From Negaprion brevirostris (taxonomy: Eukaryota), in NCBI GenBank assembly GCA_030324005.1, contig JARDVH010000160.1:16407204-16471203 (forward strand): DNA of 64,000 bases, read 5' to 3'. The translations under genes were made by a program, and so were the position numbers. The notes beneath the pieces are model-generated. The model had not been told where the DNA came from, ran no database searches, and saw only the letters and a list, made by a program, of their open reading frames with translations. How positions within the stretch are numbered: position 1 is the stretch's first letter; each line of letters begins with the position of its first letter. Below, piece by piece: positions 24,616 to 36,704 of this stretch.

Positions 24616-27229
24616 GAACTCATTTACTTTGGACAGTGGATCATTTGGTAAGAACACAAGTGGCTGAAATGAGATTTTTCTAAAACAAAATAAAGAATTT
24701 AAATCTGGAAAGTGAGAAAAGAAAGCTGGAGAATTGCCAGTTGGCACATGATATTTTAAGGGGAACGCTAAAATCTGTTTGAATTATTTACCTAGTGATT
24801 ATTTAATTTCTGAGAAAACCAGATCAGGGATTCAGGTACACACCAACAAGCAGCTGTGTTGTTGAAACAGTCTACATTTAAAATAATCCCACTCTCACAT
24901 TTTACACGTTAAGCTTATTTTCACACAGCAACACTCCAATTAAATGCAGGAAAAGTAATCTATTGTCCAAGAGAGCTACACACATTTGCAACTAGCCCCT
25001 ATCAAATGTAGTTCATGTCATGTTAGACAATTTTAATGTAATGCTCAGAGGAATAAAGATTTCAAAATAAGCAAGCAGAATAAATGAGAGATCCAGCATT
25101 GCACTGATCACAATGATTGCAGATCATAGATCAGATTGCAATCTTTGTGGATCTGAATACCACGGGTAGAACGTAACTGGTTAAGGATAATTAACAGTAG
25201 ATTGAGACTTCTGCTTCAGGGGTGAAAGAAGGAAATTCCAGATCTTCTCTTCAAAGTTTTCCATGTCTCAGATCAGTCTGGGAAGACGACCAGCGTAAGT
25301 TGTATATGGCCTGTTGGAAGAAGTGAGCTTGGAAAGCCAAACGCCCTCTCCTTTTTCCACATTTAGTTGTGTCCTTGTCTCCAGCCGCAAAATATCCAGG
25401 CGAGAGAAAATATAGATGTGAACTAAATTTGGAAAGTGACAAAAAGTGTACTGTTGTCTGCGAATACACTTTTTAAAAAAACAACAGCATGTGAGATAAA
25501 TCTTTCCACAATTGACAGCTTCTCTCATTCACTGGACTTCACTCTGATCGGTCTTCACCAGGTTTTCAACATCTGAACCAATGTGACATTTTTCCCAACA
25601 CTCTAAGTAAGAGTTTATTTCACATGAGAGGAAAGTAACTTACATCAGGGTGTATTCATGAGGTTTCTAGAATATGAAAATACACCTTGGGTTTTGAAAA
25701 TCAGCAGTAATTATCATTCTAGTACAGATACTGATTCATGTTCACTTTGTTTTACAATCTAGGCATGTGTTGTACTGATCTGATTTGTATGAATAGTTGT
25801 ATGAGGGAGCTGGACCTAGATCTTCAGGTGTTATCCAGTGGAACATTTCAGAGAGGTCATCAATTACAATCTCACTAGTGTGACAGAATTTTCAGAATAT
25901 ATGCAGTACATGAAATGTGAATCTGTTAATGCAAAGTTACATAATTTAATTGGTCTTTTCTGAATGTGTTCTTGCCGACACAGCTGGCATTAATGTACCA
26001 CTTCTGATCACAGAATGTGTTACCAGTCATTTATTATCAATGTGAGTGTTGTGCACAATGACATCAATTAAATCTGTGCTACCTAGTTAAAAGCAGACAA
26101 AAATATTTCTGATTTGTACTGCAGAAGGTGAACTGTTAGTTTGTCAAAGTGTGACCCTGGTGAATTTTCAACACAGTTTTCTGTTTCCAGGCTATACTAC
26201 CAGTACGCAAATGATATGCCCCATTAAGCTGCAGCTCCAGTTTGTATACATGGACCTGTAGTTAGCAAAGCTATCAAAAATCAGTGATTTGAACATTTAG
26301 TTGATAAATCAGGGTAAATTTATTACATTGACCTCTATTTTGCAGAATTAAACAATCAATTGCAAAGAAATGGTTTTGCTTCCACAGAATTAATGCTTAG
26401 TGCAAAATTCTCTGTTTTTATATTTAATTGGTGAACCTCAGAAACGTATACACCAAGTATACCAATGGTGAAAACTGCAACCTTCGGTTCTGACTGGTTT
26501 TATCTTTAATGCAGAGAATTTCCCAACCGTTAACTAAGAGAAAAATCAAACATATCAATATAAGCTGGAATTCTCCAGCCATTCACGTCCCGCCACTGCT
26601 GCTAGCGAGAATTTGGCACTCAGCCAAATCTTCATTCACCGCAGTGCGACCAGAGAATCCCATCTGGGGGTGAGGTCAGAGAATCTGATCTGTTGTCTTT
26701 GTCCTCACAGGTAAGAAGTGAGAAAATTACATATCAGAAACCCTCATCTCAAAGAGTTAAGCTAACCACGAATTTTGTGAAATATTTGCTTAACTAACGG
26801 ATGTGTTACAAACGAAAAAATGTTGGCTGAAAAGACCTGCCCAACTTCATGTTGCCTGGCTAAAACCCTGATAGGAAACTTCCTACTATCCCGACCCCTC
26901 CCAGCTAGCAGCCTTGTAATACACAGGATGAGGAAATAAAACTGAAATGAAACGAGGTCAAACAGGATTAGAAAACTCTTCTCTAACCCTCCTCAGATAG
27001 TCATAATCAGACCAAGATATCACATCAACCATGGTCACGTGAACTGTTAAATCTCTTACCTTTAATCTTTTGTGATCATTGCCTCAACAAAGAACTGGCT
27101 GGTTTAAATTTTCAGCATTTGTGGTTCTGCACATTTCTTCACTTCATCTTCTTTCTAAGGAAATAGCATTTAATTGTATTAAATAGAAAGAAATCAATCG
27201 CAAAAGATTTTTACTTTGTTATGTTAAAG

Positions 27230-27645
27230 TTTAATAGAAATGCTGAACTACATTGGCTCTGATTAAGCAACGCTTCAATTTTAAGATTCCCATCTTGGTT
27301 TTCAAATCTTTTCATGACCAAGCCCCTCCTTATCTTCATAACCTTCTTCAGCCCTGCAGTCCTCTGAGATTCCTGTGCCTCATCAATTCTGCCTGTTGTG
27401 ATTCTACTTTCAGCTGCAAAGGCCTGAAACTCTGTACTTCTTTTCCTCAGCCTCTTTTCCACTCAACCTCTCCGTCCAACTTTAGAATGCTCCTCAAAAC
27501 CTCTCTTCAATTAAGAGCCTTTGCTCATCTGTCCTAAAATTTAAGGAGGCTTGGTGTTTAAAGTTCATATGATAATACTCCTGTGAAACTTCTTGGGAAT
27601 GTTTATTATGTTAAAGGTGCGATATTAATACAAATTGTTATTGTA
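27230..27645 (+). mobile_element. L2-type LINE 3' fragment
   Basis: QRFNFKIPILVFKSFHDQAPPYLHNLLQP, a typical L2 ORF2 C-terminus; tail ttaaaggtgcgatattaatacaaattgttattg. Confidence 0.8.
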
Positions 27646-29169
27646 TACCTAGTGGGCTCTTTCCATAGAATTATGAAATGCTTCTGGTAGTTTCCTTGCT
27701 GTGAAATATGAGTGGAATGTAGATTTGGTACCTTGTCCAATTTCCCTCTCTTCTCAAAGTCAATGACTGACTTTTATTTGTTTAGGTTCTGCAACCCCCA
27801 GGAAGATCAGCCACTAGCATTACTATCAACTGAAATGTTGTGAAGCAGAGAAAAACATGTTTATAGAATTCTTTGGTTTGGATTTCATGCAGCCTTTTCT
27901 AATGTCCTCACAATTTATAAACCATAGGCAAGTTATCACCTAAAATCTGAGGTATCTTTTACAAAAAGGTCTTTGTGCATCATTTGAACTTTTTAATTTC
28001 TAATTTTTTTGGATTAACCAACTTCCAAATTTAATGGCCAAATGGTTTTGCCAAATGAGGATTTGGATAGATTTAATTCCCAGTTGATAGCCTAGATATG
28101 AGTATATTTGCAAATGGTGTGTAGGCTCACCCAAAGTCCATTGGCTTGTTTTGAGTTTTATTAGAATTTTCAGTTCACATCATTGACAAATAATTTTATT
28201 TTTTCCACGAAAGAATCGGACACGAGTTCTTTACGTCATTTCCTGCTCTAAATCGCATGCATTTGGCCACAATTTAACGACGGGAAGTCTGCTGAAATCG
28301 CTGGAATATTTCAATTATCAATCTAGTGGTGAAAGAGCGGGGTGGGTGCGGGGGTGGTGTGGGGGTTGTATTGTATTGTGATGTGATGAATAATTTAAAG
28401 TCAGTTTCAATTTTTTTGATTGTCTGTGTAATTTTGAGGCCTATTAATGACCATCATCTTTTAGCCATCAACACTTCTTTTGCAGAAAAGTGTTAAAAGA
28501 GCTAATTGCTGAAAATTTTTATAAGAAGCAGTTACTCTCAGTAGTTCTTTTATGGTACTTGGACACACTGCTAATCAAGTGTTATTTGTGAGTATGATGT
28601 TTCACATTGCAAATGTGGAGATCACACATTGGTTCTATTCTATGGGCTGGTACATCAAATTGCTGCACTTCCTAAAATATGACATTTGTTAGTGTTATCA
28701 TTTACATATGTCTAATTAAATAGCTAGGAGAGAGAATTGAAACCTACTTACACAGCAACACTGCAGTAAGCAACAGTGAAGTAAATAAGAGGCAAAGGAG
28801 TGCGATTTAATCCAATTTGTTCCGTATTAAATCGCTTTTCCACGCCAGTTTAGTAGACTGCAATTCCTTCATAATGTTTTCAGTTATAAAACTAGCTCAT
28901 GTTGAAACAATTCATATTTTTCTAATGTCTTAAAATTGTACTCACACATATTAGTCCTTTGTCTTTGAATTCAATATAAAGAGCCTCCAACTTATTAATT
29001 ACTTTGATTACCTTAACCACTCAAGTTTCCCATTTATGCACTTTTTCAAATATTGTTAGTAATCTAAACATTGTGAGGCTAATCTTGTAAAGTGACAAGT
29101 AACATCTAAAACAAACATCTTTCTTTATACCATCTCAATGCGACAGCAAGCATTTGGAGTTGTAGTTTC

Positions 29170-29497
29170 ATAGAAGATTTCGTAGAATCGCTAAGTACAG
29201 CACGAGGCCATTTGACCCATTGAGTCTGTACCGACCACAATCCTACCCAGGCCCTATTCCCGAACCCCACACATTTAGCCCGCTAATCCCCCTGACACTA
29301 AGGGGCAATTCAGCTTGGCAATCAACCTAACCCGCACATCTTTGGACTGTGGGAGGAAACCTGAGCACCCGAAGGAAACACATACAGACACGGGGAGACT
29401 GTGCAAACTCCACACAGTCAGTGACCCAAGACCGGAATTGAACCCGAGTCCCTGGCGCTGTCAGGCAGCAGTGCTAACCGTCATGCCACCATGCCAT
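29170..29497 (-). mobile_element. HE1-like SINE
   Basis: Same structure as 3710-4035. Confidence 0.88.
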
Positions 29498-31039
29498 CCA
29501 TGGTGTAGTTACCGAAGGTGGGTGTAGCATACAAAGTATAATCCAACTTTCAAAGATTTGTATAGCTATAGAAATAAAATTTAACAAATTGTATAGAACA
29601 CAATGGGCATGATCTTACCTGCCGTTCATGACACACTCCCACTGCAATGAGGTCAGAGAATTTGGTGGCCAGCCAAACCTCTGTTTAGTGCAGCGGGATG
29701 GGAAAATCTCACTGACCAACATAACATTCGGGCCTTAGAGTGAAGGAGATCTTCATCTGGAAATAATTAAAGATATTGTGGAAAAGCACACATTTTCATA
29801 GCCTAAAATAATTTCAGAGACAGTACAAAGTCTGATTTTTGATAACAACAGTTATATATCAATTCCACATAGATGGCAGGTTATGCTTAAATCTAATAGA
29901 ATTTTTAAATAATTCCTTGATCATTAAAAACTAGCTATTAAACAAGGTAACTGACACAGATTGCTGAGGGTTGTGGACGAATGTTGTAGCAGCAGTTTTC
30001 AAGAAATCAGTGTCAGACTTCTGGTTTTGTGAACCCTGGCTAAAGATCCTCATCATTATTGACATGCCCCCTTGTGTAGAACCATCACAGTGAAAAGTAT
30101 TCTCAAGAGTCAAGAGTCTCAAATGTCAACAAAGAATGACAAAGAAGTTGATAAAGAAGGGTAGGATAAACTATGAAGCTGGGCTAGCGCTTAATATNNN
30201 NNNNNNNNNNNNNNNNNNNNNNNNNNNNNNNNNNNNNNNNNNNNNNNNNNNNNNNNNNNNNNNNNNNNNNNNNNNNNNNNNNNNNNNNNNNNNNNNNGAT
30301 CAGCCATGATCTTATTGAATGGCGGGGCAGGCTCGAGGGGCTAGATGGCCTACTCCTGCTCCTATTTCTTATTTCTTTCTTATGTTCTTATGAGTGTTGA
30401 CCAGAAAATGCTTATAAATCTCAGTAAAATACTATCATGATTTGGAAAATCACAACAAATGATATTTAGGATTTGAGAGTCAATTATTGAACTTCTAGGC
30501 TAAACTTACTCAAAGTAATACTGTTAAAGATGGTAAAGAAAGACCATGCATTTTTACAGCACCTTCCACATTGTCAAGGTAACCGAAAGCACTCCACAAA
30601 CAATGACTGATAGGTAAATGATGAACGATGCCCAAAATTGCTTATTTTGATCAAACCAAATACCTTCACCCAAAGTTAAAGACGGTCAGCAATTAGTGCC
30701 AGTTATTGCAATTCAGGGGCATTGATTAAATTCTGCCATGCATTAACAAGGATGGTAGAATTTTTTCCCCCAAATCGAGATAAGCAGACTGACATAAAAA
30801 TATTATTCTGAAATTAACTCACTTCAAAATAGTAATGAAATAAAAATATTTAGTAATTAAATGTGTAAATTGTACATTTAATATTAACAATACAGCTTCA
30901 GATAAAAATGAAGTTAATTGTTCTTGACTTGAAAATTCTATGGTCAATTTATTCAACTGTAAATTGATATAATTTTACTGCATCAAGATTGGTGTGATCA
31001 GGTCATTTTTGCATGGCATGCCATTCTGAGTATGATAGG

Positions 31040-31315
31040 GGTGGCATAGTAGTTAGCACTGCTGCCTTAACGCCAGAGACCTGGGTTCGATTCCTGGCTT
31101 GGATCACTGTCTGTGCAGAGTCTGCATGTTCTCCCAGTATTTCCTCTAGGTGCTCTGGTTTCCTCCCACAGTCTGAAAGACGTGCTGATTAGGTACACTG
31201 GTCATACTAAATTCTCCCTCGGTGTACCCAAACAAGCGCCAGACTGTAGCGACTAGGAGATTTTTCACTAATTTCATTGCAGTGTTAATGTAAGTCTACT
31301 TGTGATACTAAATAA
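31040..31315 (+). mobile_element. HE1-related SINE (alternative tail)
   Basis: Same family as 13605-13900. Confidence 0.85.
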
Positions 31316-31935
31316 ACCTAAATTTAACATTTTGGGTTCAGTTTTGCCTTGCTGGGTTTATTGGCTATTTGAAATGTAATGTTTGAGAGGTGACAAAGGG
31401 ATATGAAAACCATTGTCTCGTCATAAAAAGATGTGTACCTTTTCACTTTCTCTCTTCTCCTCAGTGATGCTTTTTTTTGTTCTCCTCTAATCAGTTGCAC
31501 TGTTTTATTGTTTGTTTTTAAGGTCAAGCTTATCCACAATTTGAAAATTTGTTAGATGAGCTCACAGAGTTAGATGCACAGAGCTTACAAGTTATTTTAC
31601 TGAAGCTCAAGGCTTGGTGAATTTAAACTGGAAAAGGAACATGCAATTAAAAACAAACACAAAGAGGTGCCAATTTAACATTGGGAATTTTGTCTTCATT
31701 AAGAAAAGGTATGTCAGTGCCAAGCAAGGGAGCTTTGAGCATCAAATATTAGCATCAAGCAGATTGAGTTCCCAGAACCCGTAACCCCCCCCACCACCTA
31801 AAAAGACAAAGGTGGAAGGTGTATAGGAAGATCCAAGTTTCCAATCAGGACATACCATCCTGACTTGGACATTTATTGCTGTTCCTTCATTGCCGCTGGG
31901 TCAAAATCTTGGAACTCCCTACCTAACAGCACTGT

Positions 31936-32144
31936 AAGAAGTCTCACAACACCAGGTTAAAGTTCAACAGGTTTTATTTGACATTACAAGCTTTCAGAGT
32001 GCTGCTCCTTCATCAGGTGAATGGAGGTGAAGGAGCAGTGCTCTGAAAGCTCGTGATTTCTAACAAACCTGTTGGACTTTAACCTGATGTTGCGAGACTT
32101 CTAACTGTGCCCACCCCAGTCCAATGCTGGCAACTCCACATCAC
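31936..32144 (-). mobile_element. Palindromic Penelope-derived element (family A) with hammerhead motif, inserted in a LINE fragment
   Basis: Exact 11-bp TSD aacagcactgt at 31925-31935 and 32145-32155. Minus-strand motif TCAC CTGATGA AGGAGC AGC ACTCT GAAA GCT T GT at ~31984-32020; the plus-strand copy lacks CTGA. Confidence 0.8.
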
Positions 32145-32259
32145 AACAGCACTGTGGTAGTACTTCACGTCGTTTGTGTATGCTTTAAACTGGACCAGCA
32201 GATGGGGACCACAACAGCTCAGTGACTATCACTGTTAGCTGTGCAGATACATGGATTTG

Positions 32260-32530
32260 GGCCAGTGTCTGTGGGAGTTTGTGCATTCTCCCTGTGGTTG
32301 CATGGGTTTCCTCCGGGTTCTCCGGTTTCCTCCCACACTCCAAAGATGTGCTCTTAGGCTGATTGGTGTAACAAATTGACCCGACGCTATTCTCCCCTGA
32401 ATCTGGCTACAATAGGGGTACCATTCGCATACACACAGGGCAAGATAGTTGGAGGAAAATGCTTTGTTAAAATGGCGGTGCAGGCTCGTTGGGCAGAACG
32501 ACCTGTTTCCCGTGCCGGGTTGTTCTTTGT
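32260..32530 (+). mobile_element. Diverged V-SINE copy
   Basis: gtctgtgggagtttg...gggtttcctccgggttctccggtttcctcccac. Confidence 0.7.
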
Positions 32531-34159
32531 TCCTTGAAATTTTCAAGGCTGAGAACGATGGTTTTTAACCAAGAAGTTAACCAAGAAGGGATACGGTGAG
32601 ATGTCAGGAAGTGTTCTTTTTTCCCTTTCACAAATAATGTTAGTAAATGGCAGAGCAGTTTCGAAGGGCTGAATGAAAGAATCCTATTCTGATTGTCTGT
32701 GGATTAGTAAGTCCTCAGGCTTTGGAACTCTCTTCCTGAAAGGGAATATTAGCAATGTTTTTGAATATTTTTGAAGAAGACGATGATACTTTCTTGGGAA
32801 GCAAGAGGTGTTTGGCTTTCATGTGTGGGTGGAATGCAGATTTGATATTCGCATCAAGTTAGCACGAACAGATGAAATTGAGGAGTAGGATCCAGGAGCT
32901 GAACGGTAGACAGATGTTCCTCATTCGCTTGCTCACACAATAGTCAGAGAGATAAAACTTTCCTTTTCATTGGCTTCAATGAGAGACCTCTTATTTTAAA
33001 AGTTGCCATCTGCTTTTTGATTCTAACTGCAATGGAAGCATATTGTGCCCATGCACAATGTCAAAACCCCACAATATCTTCAACTTTCCTATCAGATCGC
33101 CTCTTACTATTCTAATTTCTAGTCTGTATATGCCTAACCTATCCAACTATATCCATTCGACTGTCCACACACATGAGTATGCACAACATTTCTCAGATGG
33201 CCACACCAGTTAAAGTGCTGCAACTTGCAAGGCCTTGACCATGGGTTGGAGTGTGACATTAAAAGGAGTGACTAATTCCATTTTACTCTGTTGTGGTCCA
33301 GCTCAGAGTCAATGTGTGAGACGTCCCTTTCTGATCTATCACTTTTGAATTGTTACAGGTTTTATGAGGGTTCTGTCAACTGAAAGGGTGTGCATAAATT
33401 GTGTTGGAGATAATTCTGGTTAAATAATGTTTCTCTTTTCGCCAGCATCATAAACATGCTGGACAGATTTCTTTTCAGACACATTAAAATAAGAAGATAT
33501 TAAATATTACGAGGTTGAGCGGATTAATAATTCAACTATTTTGAAGGAAATAATCCTCGAGATTGAAGAAATTTCGACCACACAGAGGGTTGAAATAAAA
33601 CATGAAGAAAGGGACATGAGGTTGAGTGAAGGATACAGGCCATAAAGTCACTTATGACTGCTAATATGGGAAATTTTACATGTGTTTCTGAACGCAATTT
33701 TCTCACGTCACTTCGCTCTCTCTCGTATTAATCTCCCGGAAATAATATCTCTGAACAATGTGAGGGTAAATCCTTTCTTAGCAGGTTTGGACATGCTTGT
33801 TGCTGAATAACAGCAGTGTAATATTTCCATTCGTCCTGCTTCTGGCACCTCTCTTGTATCAAGACAAGGATCATTATTACTCCCGGAACATCCATAAAGT
33901 CACCCGTACAAAAGGTTTGAAAGACTGACATTACAGTCTGACAACGTGTGACAGCAATATCCATAACTGTTTCAATTCTCTTCAGTCCAATTGTACACTG
34001 TCAATCAATATTCATACGTTTTAGCAAAATGCATGGACCANNNNNNNNNNNNNNNNNNNNNNNNNNNNNNNNNNNNNNNNNNNNNNNNNNNNNNNNNNNN
34101 NNNNNNNNNNNNNNNNNNNNNNNNNNNNNNNNNNNNNNNNCCTTGATCCGAACTCAGAA

Positions 34160-34373
34160 AAAAGCTAAATGTTGTAGATGCTGGAATTTAAAACAGAAAT
34201 ACAAAATACTGGAAAATCTCAGCCGGTCTGACAGCATCTGTGGAGAGAGAATGGAGCCAACATTTCGAATCTGGTCATCTGGATGACTGTGGTCGTTGAA
34301 ATGTTGGCTCTATTCTCTCTCCAAAGATGCCGTCAGACCTTGCTGAGATTTTCCAGCATTTTGTGTTTTTGTT
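34160..34373. mobile_element. Palindromic Penelope-derived element (family B)
   Basis: Inverted arms (ctggaaaatctcagc..tctgacagcatctgtggagagagaa / ttctctctccaaagatgccgtcagacc..gctgagattttccag). Exact 13-bp TSD tccgaactcagaa at 34147-34159 and 34374-34386. Confidence 0.75.
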
Positions 34374-36704
34374 TCCGAACTCAGAATGTTCTGCAGAGAT
34401 CTTTACAGTTTCATTCCAAGCTTTCTTTGGCAGATTGCCAGGTTTTCAAACATGCTGGGACATAGCATGATCAGATAATGCTCATTTCTCGCTTTCCCTT
34501 CTCATATTCCTTTGCTGTTAGAAGAGATACTTAACCAGAAGATAATTGCATCTAAATAACAAAAGAAGCTAAGATCAGTGAATAAGTCAACCACGTTCAT
34601 TCCTATACACTTCCAACTATCTGATCTCAATGCAATCTAGGTGTAGACCTACAGACAATCTTGTGGCCTCAATGTCTGTCAAATAACGTATGAGAGAGGT
34701 GAAAACAAAATTAAAATATTTAATTTTCAATATCTTGTAGTTCATGATTGTTATTAGATTGCAGTAATGTGCGTCTTGCAAGCAATTAGGAGCAGTTTCG
34801 AGTTTTTTGTTTTGGTTTTTATGCTCACTAAGGGCCTGTTCCACTTTAACTGGATACTGAAATTAAATCGAGACTAGATTCAACTGCAAATTTTATTGGG
34901 GCTTTTAGAATGCAGAAAAAACAGATTGCATATGCATTCATTCCCAAAATCCAATGTTAAAGTGCATTTAGATATTTCAGTTGTACACTGAGCTTTCACA
35001 GAGCTGTGCTTATCAATGTTCATATATACAAACAAGCAATAGGCCATTCAGCCCCACGAGTCTACTTCACCATTTAAGAAAATTATTGCTGATCTGATAG
35101 TAACCTCAAATCTGCATCCAGCCTACTCCCAATAACCTATTACCAAGAATCTATCCCCCCTGCCTTAATATTCAAAGACTCTGTTTTCACTGACTTTTCA
35201 GGAAGAAAGAGTTCCATTATATTGATATCAAGAACAGAAGAAAGGAAGGCAGAAATTAATGGATTGGTTTAAATAAATACTGTGGTTTAGAATTGTATGT
35301 TTATTGGAAGACATAATTCATATTTTCTACCTATAAAAGTTGTACATTATTTTGTAGATTGCCAAGTTGGAGTTAGTTTTCAATTATAGTCCATTAGACC
35401 ACAACACAGAGGAGTAGAATTAGGCCCATCAAGTCTGCTCCCCATTCAATTGTGGTTGATATTTTTCTCATCCCCATTCTCCTGCTTTTTCCCCACAAAC
35501 CCTGATCCCCTTATTATCTATCTATGTCTTAAAGACATTCAATAACCCAGCCTCCAAGCCTTCTGCGGCAAAGACTTCCACAGATTACACCTCTCTGGCT
35601 GAAGAAATTCCTCCTCATCTCTGTTTTAAAGGATTGTCCCTTTAGCCAGAAGTTGCGTCCTCTGGTTCTAGTCATGATTCACAGTAGGATCCAACCTTCT
35701 CCAGGCAAAGAGTTGATCAAACTTAGACATAAGTGAAATGAGGGAAAGAAGAACAGACAGGATAGTCCTTTCCTACACTGAAGTGTGCATTGTGGCCGCA
35801 CTTGCCGACAGTGTGCTTTACCCAGTATTAACCACATGCTGGTCCCTTCCAGCTTTCTTGTTAATGATAGTAACATGGATCTGAAGGGAGTTACAAACAA
35901 CAGGAATTGCTAAACATAGCAGAAATTACAGCAAAAAACACAACTTGTTTTAGAACAAAACTTTGTGGAAATCTTGGTAATCATTTGAACAATTAAAATA
36001 TTCTAATTAATGTCATTGTCAACATTTGAAAGTTTGTTAGATCTATTCCTGTGAGCTGACCTACTGCATCTGCCCCCAGAGAATGAGGTAAGCATAATAT
36101 TTATAGCATTCCTCAACAGCTTCTAACTCAGATCAACTTTATGTTTGCACTCCATCCTATATTTAGATTCTCTGGTGACTTTAAGAGTCAGCATTACTGA
36201 AAGAATGCCAAGGCAACTAAATGTCAACCAAAAGGAATAATGCAATTACACTCAGGAGAACTGTGTAGATCTCATGTCACTGGGGGTGTAAATGGCTGCC
36301 ATTTAAATTTCTAATTTTGTGGTTTGCTAAGTGCGTATATTCTCTGCAATATTATCCCAGCATGAGACATACCGATAGTTTTCTAATGCTGAGAAAGTGG
36401 ATCTTTGTTTAGCATTTTCAAAGACTAAAACTGAGAGCCTTCTTATTCTCGGTTTTCTTGCTTTCTGAACAGCTTATTGTTTTTCCCCACCCTCGAATGA
36501 AACCTAGGGTTGCCAGAAGACTCTTCTGAAGGTAGTTATCGCATACTCGCCACCATCCTCCCTGCACCCCCCTCCCAAATCATCAGCTACAGTTTCAGGA
36601 TCCAGTAAGTGCTGTTTGACAGGTGTGGCTGGACACTAATTATCCAGGAATAATAAGAAAAAGTGCTAGAACTCGGCATCAAGTTAATGTTTTGTGTTCA
36701 ACAG

